Source of the DNA: Octopus sinensis
Lineage: Eukaryota
Direction: 5' to 3'
Assembly (NCBI RefSeq): GCF_006345805.1
Contig: NC_043002.1
Coordinates: 11,036,001 to 11,100,000, forward strand
DNA length: 64,000 bases
Position numbers and translations under genes: made by a program
Notes under the pieces: model-generated
Told to the model about the DNA's origin: nothing
What the model saw: only the letters and a program-made list of their open reading frames with translations
The model's database searches: none
Part shown: positions 49,639 to 63,213 of the stretch, piece by piece
Position numbering within the stretch: position 1 is the stretch's first letter
Layout of the letters: the number at the start of each line of letters is the position of its first letter

Positions 49639-49707
49639 GAAATTTGATTTAGAATTGCTAAATTGAATTTTTCCCTGTAAGCTTGGAATAATATTCCCTA
49701 CTACTAC

Positions 49708-49755
<48 letters not shown>

Positions 49756-49799
49756 CAGTATATATATATATATATATATATACTGTATATACATTCTTA

Positions 49800-50632
49800 A
49801 CCGACATGTGAGAGGTCAACGAGAGGGCACCATTACTGAAAGAAATGGTTTCCATGCTTCAAGGAGAGGAAATTCGACCTCACTGACCTTCTGCGTTCTG
49901 GCCGACTTTTTTAGTTAAATAGCAATTGATTGAACGAGCTCATTTGCGAGGATCCGTGCCAGTCCAGTCGAGAATTAACCCATCAGATGGAATACCCTCA
50001 CGATACCGTCGCCTGTCGCCTTCACTCAACGGGCATAATCCAAACGACTCGACGGCCGATATGGCGTGCTTCATCAAACACGACAAAGCGCTCGCCCATG
50101 TCGCTAACTTGACCAAAATGCTATTCAAGATCTCGGCTGGAAATTCTACTGCATTCTTCCAATATAGCACCTTCAGATTATTATATTTTCAGTCGTTTTT
50201 CACAGTCTGCAAGGTGTTTCGTTCAACACCAATGTGGAGCTGAAAACGTAACTCGATAAAGTATTGGTGTTAAAATTCGGCGATTTCTATAATCAAGGCA
50301 TTGACAAATTAATGGAATCATCACTACCGTCAATTAGCAACATTACTGATGTTGCTAGTGATTGTGATGGTTAGAATGAAGGTGCTCGGTTGTTAGTAGT
50401 TGTAACCTTAACTGAAAGCAAAATGGAAAAGGTATATTTTTTTTTCTGCTTGACAATTCATCGCAATATATTTGAAACTACGTAAAATTTCTGCAAGTTT
50501 CAAATCTGATAAACAAAAGTTGTGAGAAGAAGAATAGAGTAACTAAAAGTCCATAAAACACCGCGATAACATTTTTTGTATTAATTCAAATAACACTGAA
50601 AAGAAACGAAAGAATTTATCTGATGACCTAAT
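49800..50632 (+). mobile_element. Highly degenerate mariner relic
   Basis: KWFPCFKERKFDLTDLLRSGR at ~49840 resembles the mariner WFxRF..DL.D..RSGRP block. TIR-like end GAATTTATCTGATGACCTAATA at ~50610-50632. Confidence 0.65.
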
Positions 50633-51974
50633 ATAATATATAGGCTAGCTTGAAGACAAAAACCAGTTTCTTTTTTTGTTTCGTTTCGTTCACATTCTGT
50701 AGATATTTACATTGTTTCCTTTTATATTTTACTAGATATTTTTGTAATCCTACAAAAGTAATAACGTAATGCGTTTGTAATATTCCCTCTCTACTTTTTT
50801 TCTTTCATTTGTCTATGCCGTAATCTGACTAATTCAATTATTCTAAGTATTTATAACTCTTTATTTATGTTCACTCTAATCCCCTTATCTCTGATTCTTC
50901 ATCAAACAGGAGAAAGTAATGACAAGATTGTTGTGACACATTTTTTTTACTAAGCCGAATTTCATGTGAATTCCTTTAGTAAAGCTCTGAGTTCTAACAC
51001 TGTCTTTTCTTTATCGTTTGCATCGTACATCTTCAGGTCTTCCATGTACAAAAGTTGGCTGATTATCCTTTCATAGTATTTAAATCCGAGCCTGTGTGAC
51101 TGTTAATTAAATGTGTTAACAGGAAGCAGACTAGGAATGGAGATAAAGAATTCTCTTGGAATATCTATTGAGGGTATGTTTTATGTACCTGTCATTAAGA
51201 GAACAACTTTAGTTAATAGCATATTAATTGGAACTAATGAAAAAAAAAAGGGTGATACTCTCTAAGATGGCTGATAGGGAAAATCCAGAAAAAGTCAAAG
51301 AAATTTTCACAAAATCTTTCAGGAAAAAAGGTATCATTAAAAGCTAGGATTGGTGATTGACTTAATGGATATTTTTTGTTCATTGTTTTATTTAAGATAT
51401 TACATAAAAGGTGCTATTTTTTCATCTTTTGTCACGTGTATTGCCATTATATAAGTTGTTTTATCATTTTGTTACAAGTCACGTTTTATCAGTCGCTGAC
51501 ATGAAATATTTGGCTTAATCACACTTTAAACAATTACTCATTGTGTTTAAATGAAATATAAGCATTTTCTCATGTTTCTTTCGTTTCGTAAGCAGAACTG
51601 TAACTTACTTTGAGATTTAAAAAAAAATTTTTTTTTTTAGCTCTAGGATTCATGAGGCTGCTTACTGAGTTTCCATGGAGTATAAGTGACCAAGATAACA
51701 ACGTACCCCTTGAACGAGACTCCGGTCCGTTGCAGGGTTCGAAACCAGCAATTTTGAGTGGATGAAACAAGACGATTATATCGACCCCTGTAGTTTGACT
51801 GCTGCTTTATTTTATCGACCCCGAAAGGATGAAATACAAAGTTGACCTCGACACGATTTGAGCTCAGAACGTACAAAACCAGAGGAAACACCGCTAAGCA
51901 TTTTGTTCGACACCTTAACATCCTGTCGGTTCACCGCCTTGAGATTTATTCCTTTTTTTATAACTGACTTTATA

Positions 51975-52141
51975 TAGGCGCATGAGTGGCTGTGTGGTAA
52001 GTAGCTTGCTTACCAACCACATGGTTCTGGGTTCAGTCCCACTGCATGGCACCTTGGGCAAGTGTCTTCTACTATAGCCTCGGGCCGACCAAAGCCTTGT
52101 GGGTAGATTTGGTAGACGGAAACTGAAAGAAGCCTGTCGTA

Positions 52142-52205
<64 letters not shown>

Positions 52206-52450
52206 TGTGTGTATGTGTTTGTGTGTATGTGTTTGTGTGTCTGTGTTTGTCTCCCTAGCATTGCTTGACAACCAATTCTGGTGTGTTTACGTCCCCATCA
52301 CTTAGCGGTTCGACAAAAGAGACCGATAGAATAAGTACTAGGCTTACAAAGAATAAGTCCCGAGGTCGATTTGCTCGACTAAAGGCGGTGCTCCAGCATG
52401 GCCGAAGTCAAATGACTGAAACAAGTAAAAGAGTAAAAGAGTAAAAGAGT
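51975..52450 (+). mobile_element. SINE-B, full length
   Basis: Matches the family consensus. Confidence 0.93.
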
Positions 52451-52959
52451 ATATGTTTACCGATGATAAAGACCACTCACAGATCCTGTTTCAACAAATT
52501 AGTAATACAAATACTGTACAGCCTTGTATACGATGCTACTGAATACGTACTACAAATGACGAGAGTTGAAGATATGATCAGTTATACTAATTGTAATTAT
52601 AGACAGCTATTTCACCTCCTTAATGTTTCATTTATTAAAATCTTTCGACAGACTGCTTAAACTTGACCTGTATACAGAGAGTCTACCATACAGAATCCGT
52701 GTCTCTTTCAGCACGCAATCTAGAATTAGATCCCTGGCCAATCAAATGCAACGAACGAAAACAATTAATTTCGCATCTTGCTATCTGTAACTCTTGATAC
52801 TTCAAAATCGTCTGGAAACATGACAAAATGAAAGATACGTTTTGTCATAGAATATAGAATAATGACATGAACATCGTGTGTGAGGTGTGTATGTGTGTAC
52901 ATGTATGTGTATCCATTTTGTATTATTAATATATATATAGCGGCGTACGTACACTTTGG

Positions 52960-53017
<58 letters not shown>

Positions 53018-53744
53018 AATATATATATATAATAGACATATATAAATATAAATTTTTAATCATCTATTAGATATAACCATATCTGTGGTTTGGTGTGTTA
53101 CGTTACATGTCTGTGTGTGTTGGGGTGTGTTGTGTGTGTGGTGTGTGTGTGTGTGTATGTGTGCGAACATGTGATCAGTCATCATATTCTGTGAATGAAC
53201 TTTTCATTCTATTTTTGATCACGTTTGTTTTTAATCTTCGGGAAATGAAGAAAAAATATCAAAATTAATGAATTCTCATACACTATAGCTTTCCCGGCGA
53301 TAATTAGCTATTTTCTGAGATATATTTTCATCGTCCTAAATAAACAAAACCAGGAAAACAACATCATAATTATATCTTTCAGATAAAATTTGGATGTTTG
53401 TTTTGGTTGTTTAGACGTCAACATCCAGTTTGTTAATGAATGTTCGCCAGTCGAAAGACTTTCCCATAATACCTTCTGTATCACGCTGGGATAATCTTGG
53501 AATGCCATTTCAATCCTTGCTTGAAACCACTTCATTTCAATTATATTTGTCAATGTTCTTGAAAAATGTACAATAGATACAACACCCTGATTTCCTTTCT
53601 ATAAAGTAGCGAGAAGTCTTCTTTCTCTTAGGGAGAAATCTCCTTTCTATAAAGTAGGGCAACGTTGAAAACGAAACCAATATCGGTGATGAACATATTA
53701 GAATAAAGAAAATCTTTTGGTGTATCAATACTGAGGCCTAGGGT

Positions 53745-54205
53745 ATGACGGCGAGATGGTAGGATCGTTATGCTTAGCAGTATTTCGTCTGCCGTTACGC
53801 TCTGAGTTCAAATTCCGCCGAGGTCGACTTTGCCTTTCATCCTTTCGGGGTCGATAAATTAAGTACTATTTACGCATTGGGCTCGATGTAATCGACTTAA
53901 TACCTTTTGTCTGTCCTTGTTTGTCTTGTCTGTGTTTAGCCCCTTGTGGGTAGTAAAGAAATAGGTATTTCGTCTGCCGCTACGTTCTGAGTTCAAATTC
54001 CGCCGAGGTCGACTTTGCCTTTCATCCTTTCGGGGTCGATTAAATAAGTACCAGTTACGCACTGGGGTCGATATAATCGACTTAATCCGTTTGTCTGTCC
54101 TTGTTTGTCCTCTCTGGTTTTAGCCCCTTGTGGGTAGTAAAGAAATAGGTATTTTGTCTGCCGCTACGTTCTGAGTTCAAATTCCACCGAGGTTGACTTC
54201 CCCTT
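53745..54205 (+). mobile_element. SINE-A array
   Basis: Two full units plus one partial unit. Confidence 0.88.
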
Positions 54206-54709
54206 TTTTTTCTTTACGAATAGGTGAAACAGGTATCAGAACCAAGTTGTAGTTTTTATGCCTTTTAATTGAGGTCTCAGTTATGAACAAGTAGTATAAG
54301 TTATACAAAATATTTACAAGTGAAGACCATCTTCAGTGAAATCTAAATCATAGTGGCTCAATGTCTACTTGCCGTTGCTTGTCTCATGGTTGTGCATCTC
54401 TCCATGCTGAGATTAAGAGCTGAGGATGTCACGTCTTGCTTGCTGTGAGCCGCGGTGAAAAAGAGAGAGAAACAAGTCCCAGAATTCAAAAGTTACACGC
54501 TACTCCGCCTAGCGGCGAGCTATTGCGACAGCTACCGTCAGGGGAGGTTACTGTGCCTACAACAGAGACGGTTGCTGGCCGAGATCATAGCTGTCTCCTT
54601 GATGGTCCGGTGCAGGGTCCAAGGCCGACAAGTATGAGAAGAAGGAACAAATCCCTCGACTATCGCGGATGTTCAGTTCCAACGCCTCCACCTGGCGATA
54701 GGGACGGGG

Positions 54710-55110
54710 TCGACCCCAGTGCTCAGCTGCTACTTATTTTATCGACCCTGAACGGCTGAAAGGTAAAGTCGACCTCAGCGGAATTTGAACTCAGAACATA
54801 TAGACGGACGAAATACCTATTTCTTTATTACCCACAAGGGGCTAAACACAGAGGGGACAAACAAGGACAGACATAGGTATTAAGTCGATTACATCGACCC
54901 CAGTGCGTAACTGGTACTTAATTTATCGACCCCGAAAGGATGAAAGGCAAAGTCGACCTCGGTGGAATTTGAACTCAGAACGTAGCGGCAGACGAAATAC
55001 CGCTAAACATTTCGCCCGGCGTGCTAACGTTTCTGCCAGCTCGACGGACGAAATACCACCAAGCATTTTGCTTGGCTTATTAACAATTCTGCTAGCTCGC
55101 CATATTAAAA
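54710..55110 (-). mobile_element. SINE-A nested pair
   Basis: Reverse-complement A units. Confidence 0.85.
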
Positions 55111-55570
55111 GAAAGGTTTCGTTTTTGGATGTGCTGTAGATATTTGTTGACCGAGTGTGATCCTATGGAATTGTAATGCCCAGTGTTTCTAATGTTCATG
55201 AGCTGACAATGATTAATGTTGTAAAAGTGGTTCTTTGATGTGTGCAATAGTTAAACATGGTTGCAGTTGACGTTAAGCCAGCATCCTCCCACACGGTCGC
55301 TTCAAATAGGCGTATATATGCAGGTGCTTGTTGAATAAGAATGATGAATACAAACGAAAAGCAATCGAAGAGTAAAGGTTGCTTTATCTGTATATGAACA
55401 TGTTTGGTTACGTGTAATAGGCAAGTTTTTGTTTTAGAGTAGATACTCGAACAGATATATTCAAGCACTCAGTTACAACGTGTTAGGGAAATAACAGACC
55501 AAGAGCGGTTTGTTAGTAAACATCCAGAGGAGTTCGTAGTCTAATCGGTATAATATATATATATAATATA

Positions 55571-55622
<52 letters not shown>

Positions 55623-55704
55623 CATATATGTATATATATGTACATATTATATATATGTACATATATATACATATATATATATATGTACATATATATACAT
55701 ATAC

Positions 55705-58700
55705 ACCTTTCACAACTCATACACACACACGCACCTACACACCCACTCGAAACCCCATCATTTGCCGATGTTCTCTTCGCCATAGACTGTGCACTGATAG
55801 AGACTGTAAATTCACCCATTTACCTGGAACAAAACGCTCTATCCCCACAAACTACAACACCACCACAACCACCAATATCTCAAACAAGGAATCCCCAAAT
55901 CTGCCGCTATTCCCAGCGAGACAGATTGTGTTTGCACAGGGATTGCCCCTTTACCCATCTCCCGGGGACTCGCCGGACATTTAAAGATAACCACTCATAT
56001 AAAAATAACCACAACCACAGTCACCTACAGTTCCCTAGACAGGAAACCACCTCTTTTTTAGCTATAATGAATCTAGCAAAAGAACTGGAAAAAAACATCT
56101 GAGCTATCACCCACCACCATCCACCACTATTACCCCACTGCACATGCCATTAAAAAGCAATCAATAAACAAACAATCACCAAAACAATTAAAAAACCATC
56201 CACTCTCGCCTCAACATTTTTGCTTAACGCCCAAGGCATCAGCCCTTCCACAATACACAAAAATGGAAGATAAGATTCCTGGAGGACTGGGTCGAGGCCC
56301 ATCCAAACCACATCCCTTTCTTCGTCCTCACTGAAACCCATCTTAGTGACCTCCACTTGGAAGCCGAGGGGAAAGTTAAAAATTTCAAAACCATTCGTGC
56401 TGATCGTGCTGGCAGAAGAAAGGGTGGGACTGCCATTTATGTCCATGATTCGTTCTCAACAGAAGCCATGAACATATTCCAATGGATACTGCGAAGCAGT
56501 CGCTGTATTCAGTCAAACCAACAACTTAACAGTAGTGGGCTCTACAGACCACCCCAAACGCCCCTACCATGCTTCAAGAATGCCTCAACAGCATAAAGTG
56601 GTTCATTCAGCAGTGTCAACCTGACAACATTTTAATGATGGGAGACTTCAACCTTCCCGGGGTTGACTGGTCTACAAACAGTCTGCCGCCAGGTTCTCTC
56701 TCTCAACCCCTGACAGAGAGGCAGTGGAATCGCTTCTTGACTTCATGGATGATTTCTTCCTGTCCCAACTGGTACTCGAACCAACGAGATGTCACAAAAA
56801 CGTCTTAGACTTAATTTTCAGCAATCACACTGATACTATCCACAATATTACAGTGGAGAAAACCCTACTCTCCGACTATGACATGGTTCTCTGTGATCTG
56901 AGATTTCACTGGCCAAAATGCAAAACAAATGTCATCCCTCCTGTTCATCCATTTGACACCATGGATTTCCACAATGCAAACTGGGAAGCGATCAATAATG
57001 ATCTTGCACAAGTCGATTGGTCCTTCACGCACACTACACACCACTAACATCAAAAAGTCCTGGCAGTCACTTGTAGACACCATCACGAACATATGTGCAA
57101 GACACACCCCATTAAGATCTGCAAACAAATCTAAGTGTCGAATCCCTAAAAATAGAAAATCTCTCATAAGAAAATTAAAAGAATTAACAAAAAGATCAAC
57201 ATGCTGAAATACTGTCAACAGCAACACACCAACCTGACTGCCATTTCGTCGCTAGAGATTAAAAAACATAAACTCCAAAACAACATGATGTCTAACATCA
57301 ATAGTCAGCGAAGAGCTGAAGAGGCCTGGGCCATTGAGAAGATCAAACTCAATCCCAAAGTGTTCTTTTCATTTGCAAAAAAACACAGAGTCACTGGTTC
57401 TACTGTTGGCCCTCTGATTGATGAAAATGGTACTCTTCAAGACAATGGGAGAGATATGCCAAAACCATGGGAGAGATATTGCAGAAACAATATTGCTCTG
57501 TTTTCAGCAGTCCTGATATGACTGATCTGGGCTGTATCAGTGATGTTACTCCCCAATACACTTTATAGGACATAACATTTGGCGCTCCTGATGTCTTAGC
57601 AGCAATAAAGGAAATGAAGCATAATTCAGCAGTAGGTCCCGATAGGTTCCCTGCTTGTGTCTTGAAGATGTGTCAAAACCAACTTGCACCCCTCTAGCCA
57701 ATCTGTGGCGGAACTCACTGGATGCTGGATATATACCAGAAGACCTTCTATCCCAGTCTGTCGTCCCAGTTTTCAAAAAAGGAAACAAATCGCTTGCCGT
57801 GAATTACCGTCCAATCTCACTCACCTCTCATATCATCAAGGTATTGAGAGGGTGCTGAGATCGCGTATGACTCACTTCCTTGAGAGTCATAATATGCTGA
57901 ACCCCAACCAGCATGGATTCCGTAATGGGAGAGATTGCCTGACGCAGCTACTGCATCATTTTGATGACATTTTGAGAGCCTTGGGAGAAGGTTCCAACAC
58001 TGATGTCATCTACCTTGATTTCAGCAAGGCCTTTGACAGGGTTGATCATAAGATCCTTCTGAGAAAGCTGTCCAATATTGGTGTCACTGGAAAGCTGCTG
58101 CAGTGGATCAAGTGCTTCCTGTCTAACAGAACCCAACATGTTGTAGTCGAAGGAGTCAAATCCAGCCCAGCCAAAGTCAGCAGTGGTGTCCCACAAGGCA
58201 CTGTGTTGGGCCACTTCTCTTCATCATCTACATAAATGATATTACTGACACCATCAAACACAGTAACATCAGAACCTTCGCTGATGATTCCAAGCTCCAG
58301 AAGGTCATCAATGGCGTGGATGACCGAATAAACCTTCAGTCAGACCTACTGGCTGTTGTCCAATGGGCGGAAAAGAATAACATGTTGCTAAATGAAGACA
58401 AATTCGAACTGATCCACTTTGGAAGGGAGGACGCTCTGAAACTCCCATACTCTCTTCCTTCTGGAGAAATTCTCATGGCATCCAACAACATCAGAGACTT
58501 GGGAGTAACAGTGGACAACAACATAAGCTGGGCTACACATATAAGCAGCAAAGTTGATATGGCCCGCAGAATGTGTTCCTGGATTCCCAGAACCTTCCAG
58601 TCGAGAGATTCCCACGCTATTATCCTTCTCTTCTCCACTTTTGCCCGACCCCGCCTTGAATACTGCTGTCCACTGTGGTCTCCCTACACAAAACAAAATA

Positions 58701-59236
58701 TTATGAGAATTGAAGCTCCCCAAAGGTCAATCACAAAAAAGATAGATGGCATGTCAGACCTTGACTACTGGGGTAGACTAGAGAAGCTGAAACTGTATTC
58801 ACTCCAACGACGCCGTGAACGCTACATTATCTGTATGACGTAGAAAATATTCCATCAGCACTGTCCGAATGATGTTGGCTTCACCTTCAAAATACATCCA
58901 AGGCTTGGACCACGTGCCATCCGTCCACAACAAAAATCTAAATCGCATCACATAACGACAATACGGCACAACTATTTCACCTCAATTGGACCCGCTCTCT
59001 TCAACATTACACCAGGACACGTCAAAAAAGAAACTGACCACACAAAATTCAAGAAGTCTTTGGACAAATTCCTTCAAACAGTCCCGGACAAACCACCCAC
59101 ACCCGGATATGTCTCCGCAAGCAATAACTCTCTGCTCGAATGGGCCTTGGTGCCCAAAAGAAGTTGAAAGACTTCGCCAGGTGGTGCTATTAAGTTAGAC
59201 ATGCCTGGGCCAATACTGGCCAAAACCTTTCTAAGT
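55705..59236 (+). mobile_element. CR1-clade LINE with near-complete but frameshifted ORF2 (APE endonuclease + RT) and ORF1 C-terminal part
   Basis: APE motifs LTETHL, GGTAIYV, YRPP, MGDFNLP, PTR..VLDLIF. RT motifs NYRPISLTS, QHGFR, LDFSKAFD, SGVPQGTVLG, FADD, RDLGV, PRLEYCCPLWSP. Long (TA)n on both sides. Confidence 0.93.
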
Positions 59237-59290
59237 TATATTATACACATATACATATATACATATATATATATATAGATATATTATATA

Positions 59291-59398
<108 letters not shown>

Positions 59399-59507
59399 CA
59401 TATATTATATACATATATATATATTGTACATATATATATTACATATATATATATATACATGTATATATACACTGTATGGTGTATATATATATATTATATA
59501 TATATAT

Positions 59508-59540
<33 letters not shown>

Positions 59541-59546
59541 GTATAT

Positions 59547-60598
59547 GCTTGATTCATCTGAGATGATAGCCGTCCCATCAACACACGCACCACACTCCAT
59601 CACACAGCACAATCACTCCGTTGATGAGCCCTTAAATGACTTTTAGGACCAGCTGCTCACTGACAGGGTTTAAAACACAAGTGACAGGAATTATTCAGGT
59701 TTCTTCTATATATCTGCCCTTTGGAATCTGATTCTGAAGGAATGTCTTTGTGACCTAGCATATGTCTTTTAAGTCCAGATATTGTCTTACACGTTTTTTG
59801 ACATATAACACAAGACATAAGAGGTTGGTGGTGTCCTATCTGGCCAAAATGATTTTCATGTGACTTCATATGGTTCATGTACCCTGCTTTTGACAACAGA
59901 ACACGGTCACATATAATACATATCCGATGTTCACCGTTGATTGCAGTTTATTTGTGACAGGCCCTTTTAAGTTCGGAGTGTCGAATCATCATTCGTCCCA
60001 GTCATTACAACCAGTTCTAACAGCACTTCTCCAATTGTTCCGATCTAGAGCATCATTTTTCCAATCACTTTTCTTCATATCTAGTTTCTTCAGGTTTTCC
60101 TTCATACAACCTTTATACCTTTTCTTTGGCTTATGTTGTGGCCGCTTACCAGAGTTGAGCTCACCATAGAAAAGATGCTTTAGTAAATGCTCGTATTCCA
60201 TTCTAATAACATTTTTCAGTCCATCTCGGTTGAGCCAAGATAACATGTTGTTCAACTGAGCTGCAACGTGCTATGCACAAAGCCTCTGTATCTTGTATGA
60301 AACATTCCCACTTGACTCTTAAGATACGTCTGAGTCACTTTTGGCGAAGTCTCTCCAGCATTTTTATGTGACGCTTGTAAGTGGTCCATGTCTCACTTGA
60401 ATAAAGAAGTGCAGACAGTACACACGCTTTATAGCCACTGATTTTTGTATGCAAGGAAATAACTCTATCCTCCCATACACGCTTTTCGAGCTTTCCAAAT
60501 GCAACACTTCCCTTCCCTATTCCTTAGCAAATCTCTGCATCACGATTACCATCTTTTGACAGTGTGCTTCCAAGGTAAACAAAGGTGTCAATGAATTC
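59547..60598 (-). mobile_element. RTE-clade LINE 3' fragment with three C-terminal C2H2-like fingers
   Basis: FVYLGSTL; YKACVLSALLYSSETWTTY; LFYGEL..GKRPQHKPKKRYK; DRNNWRSAV. Then ICDRVLLSKAGYMNHMKSH, CVICQKTCKTISGLKRHMLGH and [20 protein letters not shown]. Confidence 0.88.
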
Positions 60599-60633
60599 TA
60601 ACCTTGTTCCATTCTCAAAAAAATATAGTCATA

Positions 60634-61080
60634 TAGGCGTAGGAGTGGCTGTGTGGTAAGTAGCTTGCTTACCAACCACATGGTTCCAGGTTCAGTCCCA
60701 CTGCGTGGCCCCTTGGGCAAGTGTGTTCTACTATAGACTAGGGCTGACCAAAGCCTTGTGAGTGGATTTGGTAGACGGAAACTGAAAGAAGCCCTTCGTA
60801 TATCTATATATGTGTGTGTGTCTGTGTGTGTGTATGTATATATGTATGTGCATGTGTATATGTTTGTATGTCTGTGTTTGCCCCCCCCCCCCAACATCGC
60901 TTGACAACCGATGCTGGTGTGTTTACGTCCCTTTAATTTAGCGGTTTGGCTAAAGAGACCGACAGAATAAGTACTAGGCTTACAAAGAATAAATCCTGGG
61001 GTCGATTTGCTCGACTAAAGGCGGTGATCCAGCATGGCCACAGTCAAATGACTGAAACAAGTAAAAGAGAGTAAAAGAGA
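60634..61080 (+). mobile_element. SINE-B, full length
   Basis: Matches the family consensus. Confidence 0.93.
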
Positions 61081-61101
61081 GATGTGTGTGTGTATATATA
61101 A

Positions 61102-61174
<73 letters not shown>

Positions 61175-61451
61175 TATATCAAATGTGAGGATAAAATTCT
61201 TTTCGAAAAAAAAATATTTTCTCGAAAAAAATTTTATCAATGGCCAGCATATTAAAAAATACCTTTAACGGTTAAATTTATAAACAATTCATAAATGAGG
61301 GCAAAGGAAAAAATTCTAATGCCAAATATGCCGAAAAATTGGACATATTGTCCATTAACCATATAATTTTTTCACAATACGCAAGCTACTCGAAAAAAGG
61401 CTGACAGAAATTTCTAAAATATATATACACACACATATATATGTATGTATG

Positions 61452-61660
61452 TGACCGCGTGTGTACCGTTGGCGATTTTTTTTCCTCCGTCTTCCCTTCT
61501 TTGGATCTTTCCTTTTCCTATGTTTCTGACGAAGAGCTCCGCTCGAAACGTTAAACCCTCCTTCTTTCCTTCTTTCCTGAGCGTCCAATAATACTATATT
61601 TGTTCCACGTCCTCGCGTTGTTGTGTTTTCTCTTTGTGTTTTCACGTTTGGATTAACTAT
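61452..61660 (+). mobile_element. Short hammerhead-motif element, family H2
   Basis: Matches 40807-40980; microsatellite flanks. Confidence 0.65.
61522..61556 (+). ncRNA. Putative minimal type I hammerhead ribozyme
   Basis: Stem I GTTT/AAAC, core CTGACGA, extra A, stem II GAGC/GCTC, GAAA, palindromic ACGT, GUU triplet. Confidence 0.55.
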
Positions 61661-61749
61661 ATATATGTGTGTGTATGTGTGTGTGTGTGTGTGTGTGTCT
61701 AACTACTTCTGTCCAACCAGCCACCATGATTGACCGCTAGCTCCAAAAG

Positions 61750-61912
61750 CCTTTTTTATTATTCTCTCTTTGTTTATTTTCTCATATTCTTTTCTGTTGC
61801 AGAGCGTAGGCTCGAAACTTGAAAGACATTCTCACCTTCCTGAGCGTTAAACTAATTCACCTGCACGTTTCATTTCATACACCTGTCTTTTGTTTTTCTG
61901 TAAATTTCAACT
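61750..61912 (+). mobile_element. Degenerate H1 hammerhead-motif element
   Basis: TCTTTT-CTGTTGC-AGAGCGTAGGCTC-GAAACTT-GAAAGA at 61788-61826. Confidence 0.55.
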
Positions 61913-62339
61913 ATATATATATAGTTATTGTGAAAGAAACTTCACTTTCGACTAAATAAAAGTACATTTTAGTGTTAAGTACAAGGCATATGAATTTCAA
62001 ATTGTTGCCAAAACAAGAAAGATAATTATATTTTTGAAAATAATGTAAAGTGATGTGTCGGAAAAGAAAAATTTTGTTAATGAAATTTGAATGAATTCCA
62101 GTGATATTACTGCTAGTCACCCCTTCCGTTTCCTTTTTCACCTCCTAGCCATCATTATCATTATCAGTTATCCGTAGGGAGCATACCTAGTCGTAATATA
62201 TATATAGTAATTTTTTAAGAATGCGTATTTAATCTAATTATTATGTCAATGTAAACAATATCTGAATTATTTTATATATTTATTTTGTTTATGTGTGCGC
62301 GCGTTCTGTGCGTCTGTGTGTGTGTGTATGTGTATTCTT

Positions 62340-62609
62340 TTTTTCCGTTTATTTGATTCAGTCATTTGGCTTCGGCCATGCTGGAGCACCGCCTTTAGTC
62401 GAATGCATCGACTCCAGGATTTGTTCTTTGCAAGCCTGGCACTTAGTCTATCGATCTCTTTTGCCGAACTGCTAATTTGCTGGGACGTAAACACACCAGC
62501 ATCGGTTGTCAAGCGGTGGTTGAGGGACAAACACGGACACACAAATACATATGTGTGTGTGTGCGTGTGTGCGTGTGTGTGTGTATGTGTGTGTGTGTGT
62601 GCTTGTTTA

Positions 62610-62643
<34 letters not shown>

Positions 62644-62688
62644 AGCCTTGTGAGTGGATCTGGGAGACGGAAACTAAAATAAGTCCGT

Positions 62689-62746
<58 letters not shown>

Positions 62747-63213
62747 TGTATGTATGTACGTTAATCATATCTGTCAGGCATGTGGAAGAGAGTGTAATTC
62801 GGCAAGAGGACATAAACGACATGCAAAGGTACATGAAGCCCAGTTACAACTACAGCCGGCTATTACCGGTAAAGGTTTCAGTTGCCAATTCTGTACAAGA
62901 CATTGTAGATCTTTAGCTGGGCTAAAAAGTCACATTCGATCACAGTACCAATAACAGTTACGCTTCGTGCAATGGCCATACTCGATAACGAGGGGGCAGC
63001 CATCATGTATGTATGTATATGTTTGTGTGTCTGTGTCTGTCCCCCACCATCACTTGATAACCGATGCTGGTGCGTTTACGTCCCCGTAAATTAGCGGTTC
63101 GGCAAAAGATACCGATAGAATAAGTACTAGGCTTACAAAGAATAAGTCCTGGGATGGATTTGTTCGACTAAAGGTGATGCAGTTAAATGACTGAAACAAG
63201 TAAAAGAATAAAA

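Noticed and set aside
54270-54340. Hammerhead on the minus strand (CTGAAGA-TGGTCT..AGACC)
   Set aside because: No GAAA box after stem II.
54436-54759. GC-richer 107-aa ORF
   Set aside because: No recognisable domain and it runs into a SINE; probably an unclassified repeat fragment.
62295-62954. 219-aa C2H2 zinc-finger gene
   Set aside because: The ORF is a chance fusion of SINE, microsatellite and an RTE-like 3' end; no TGEKP linkers.
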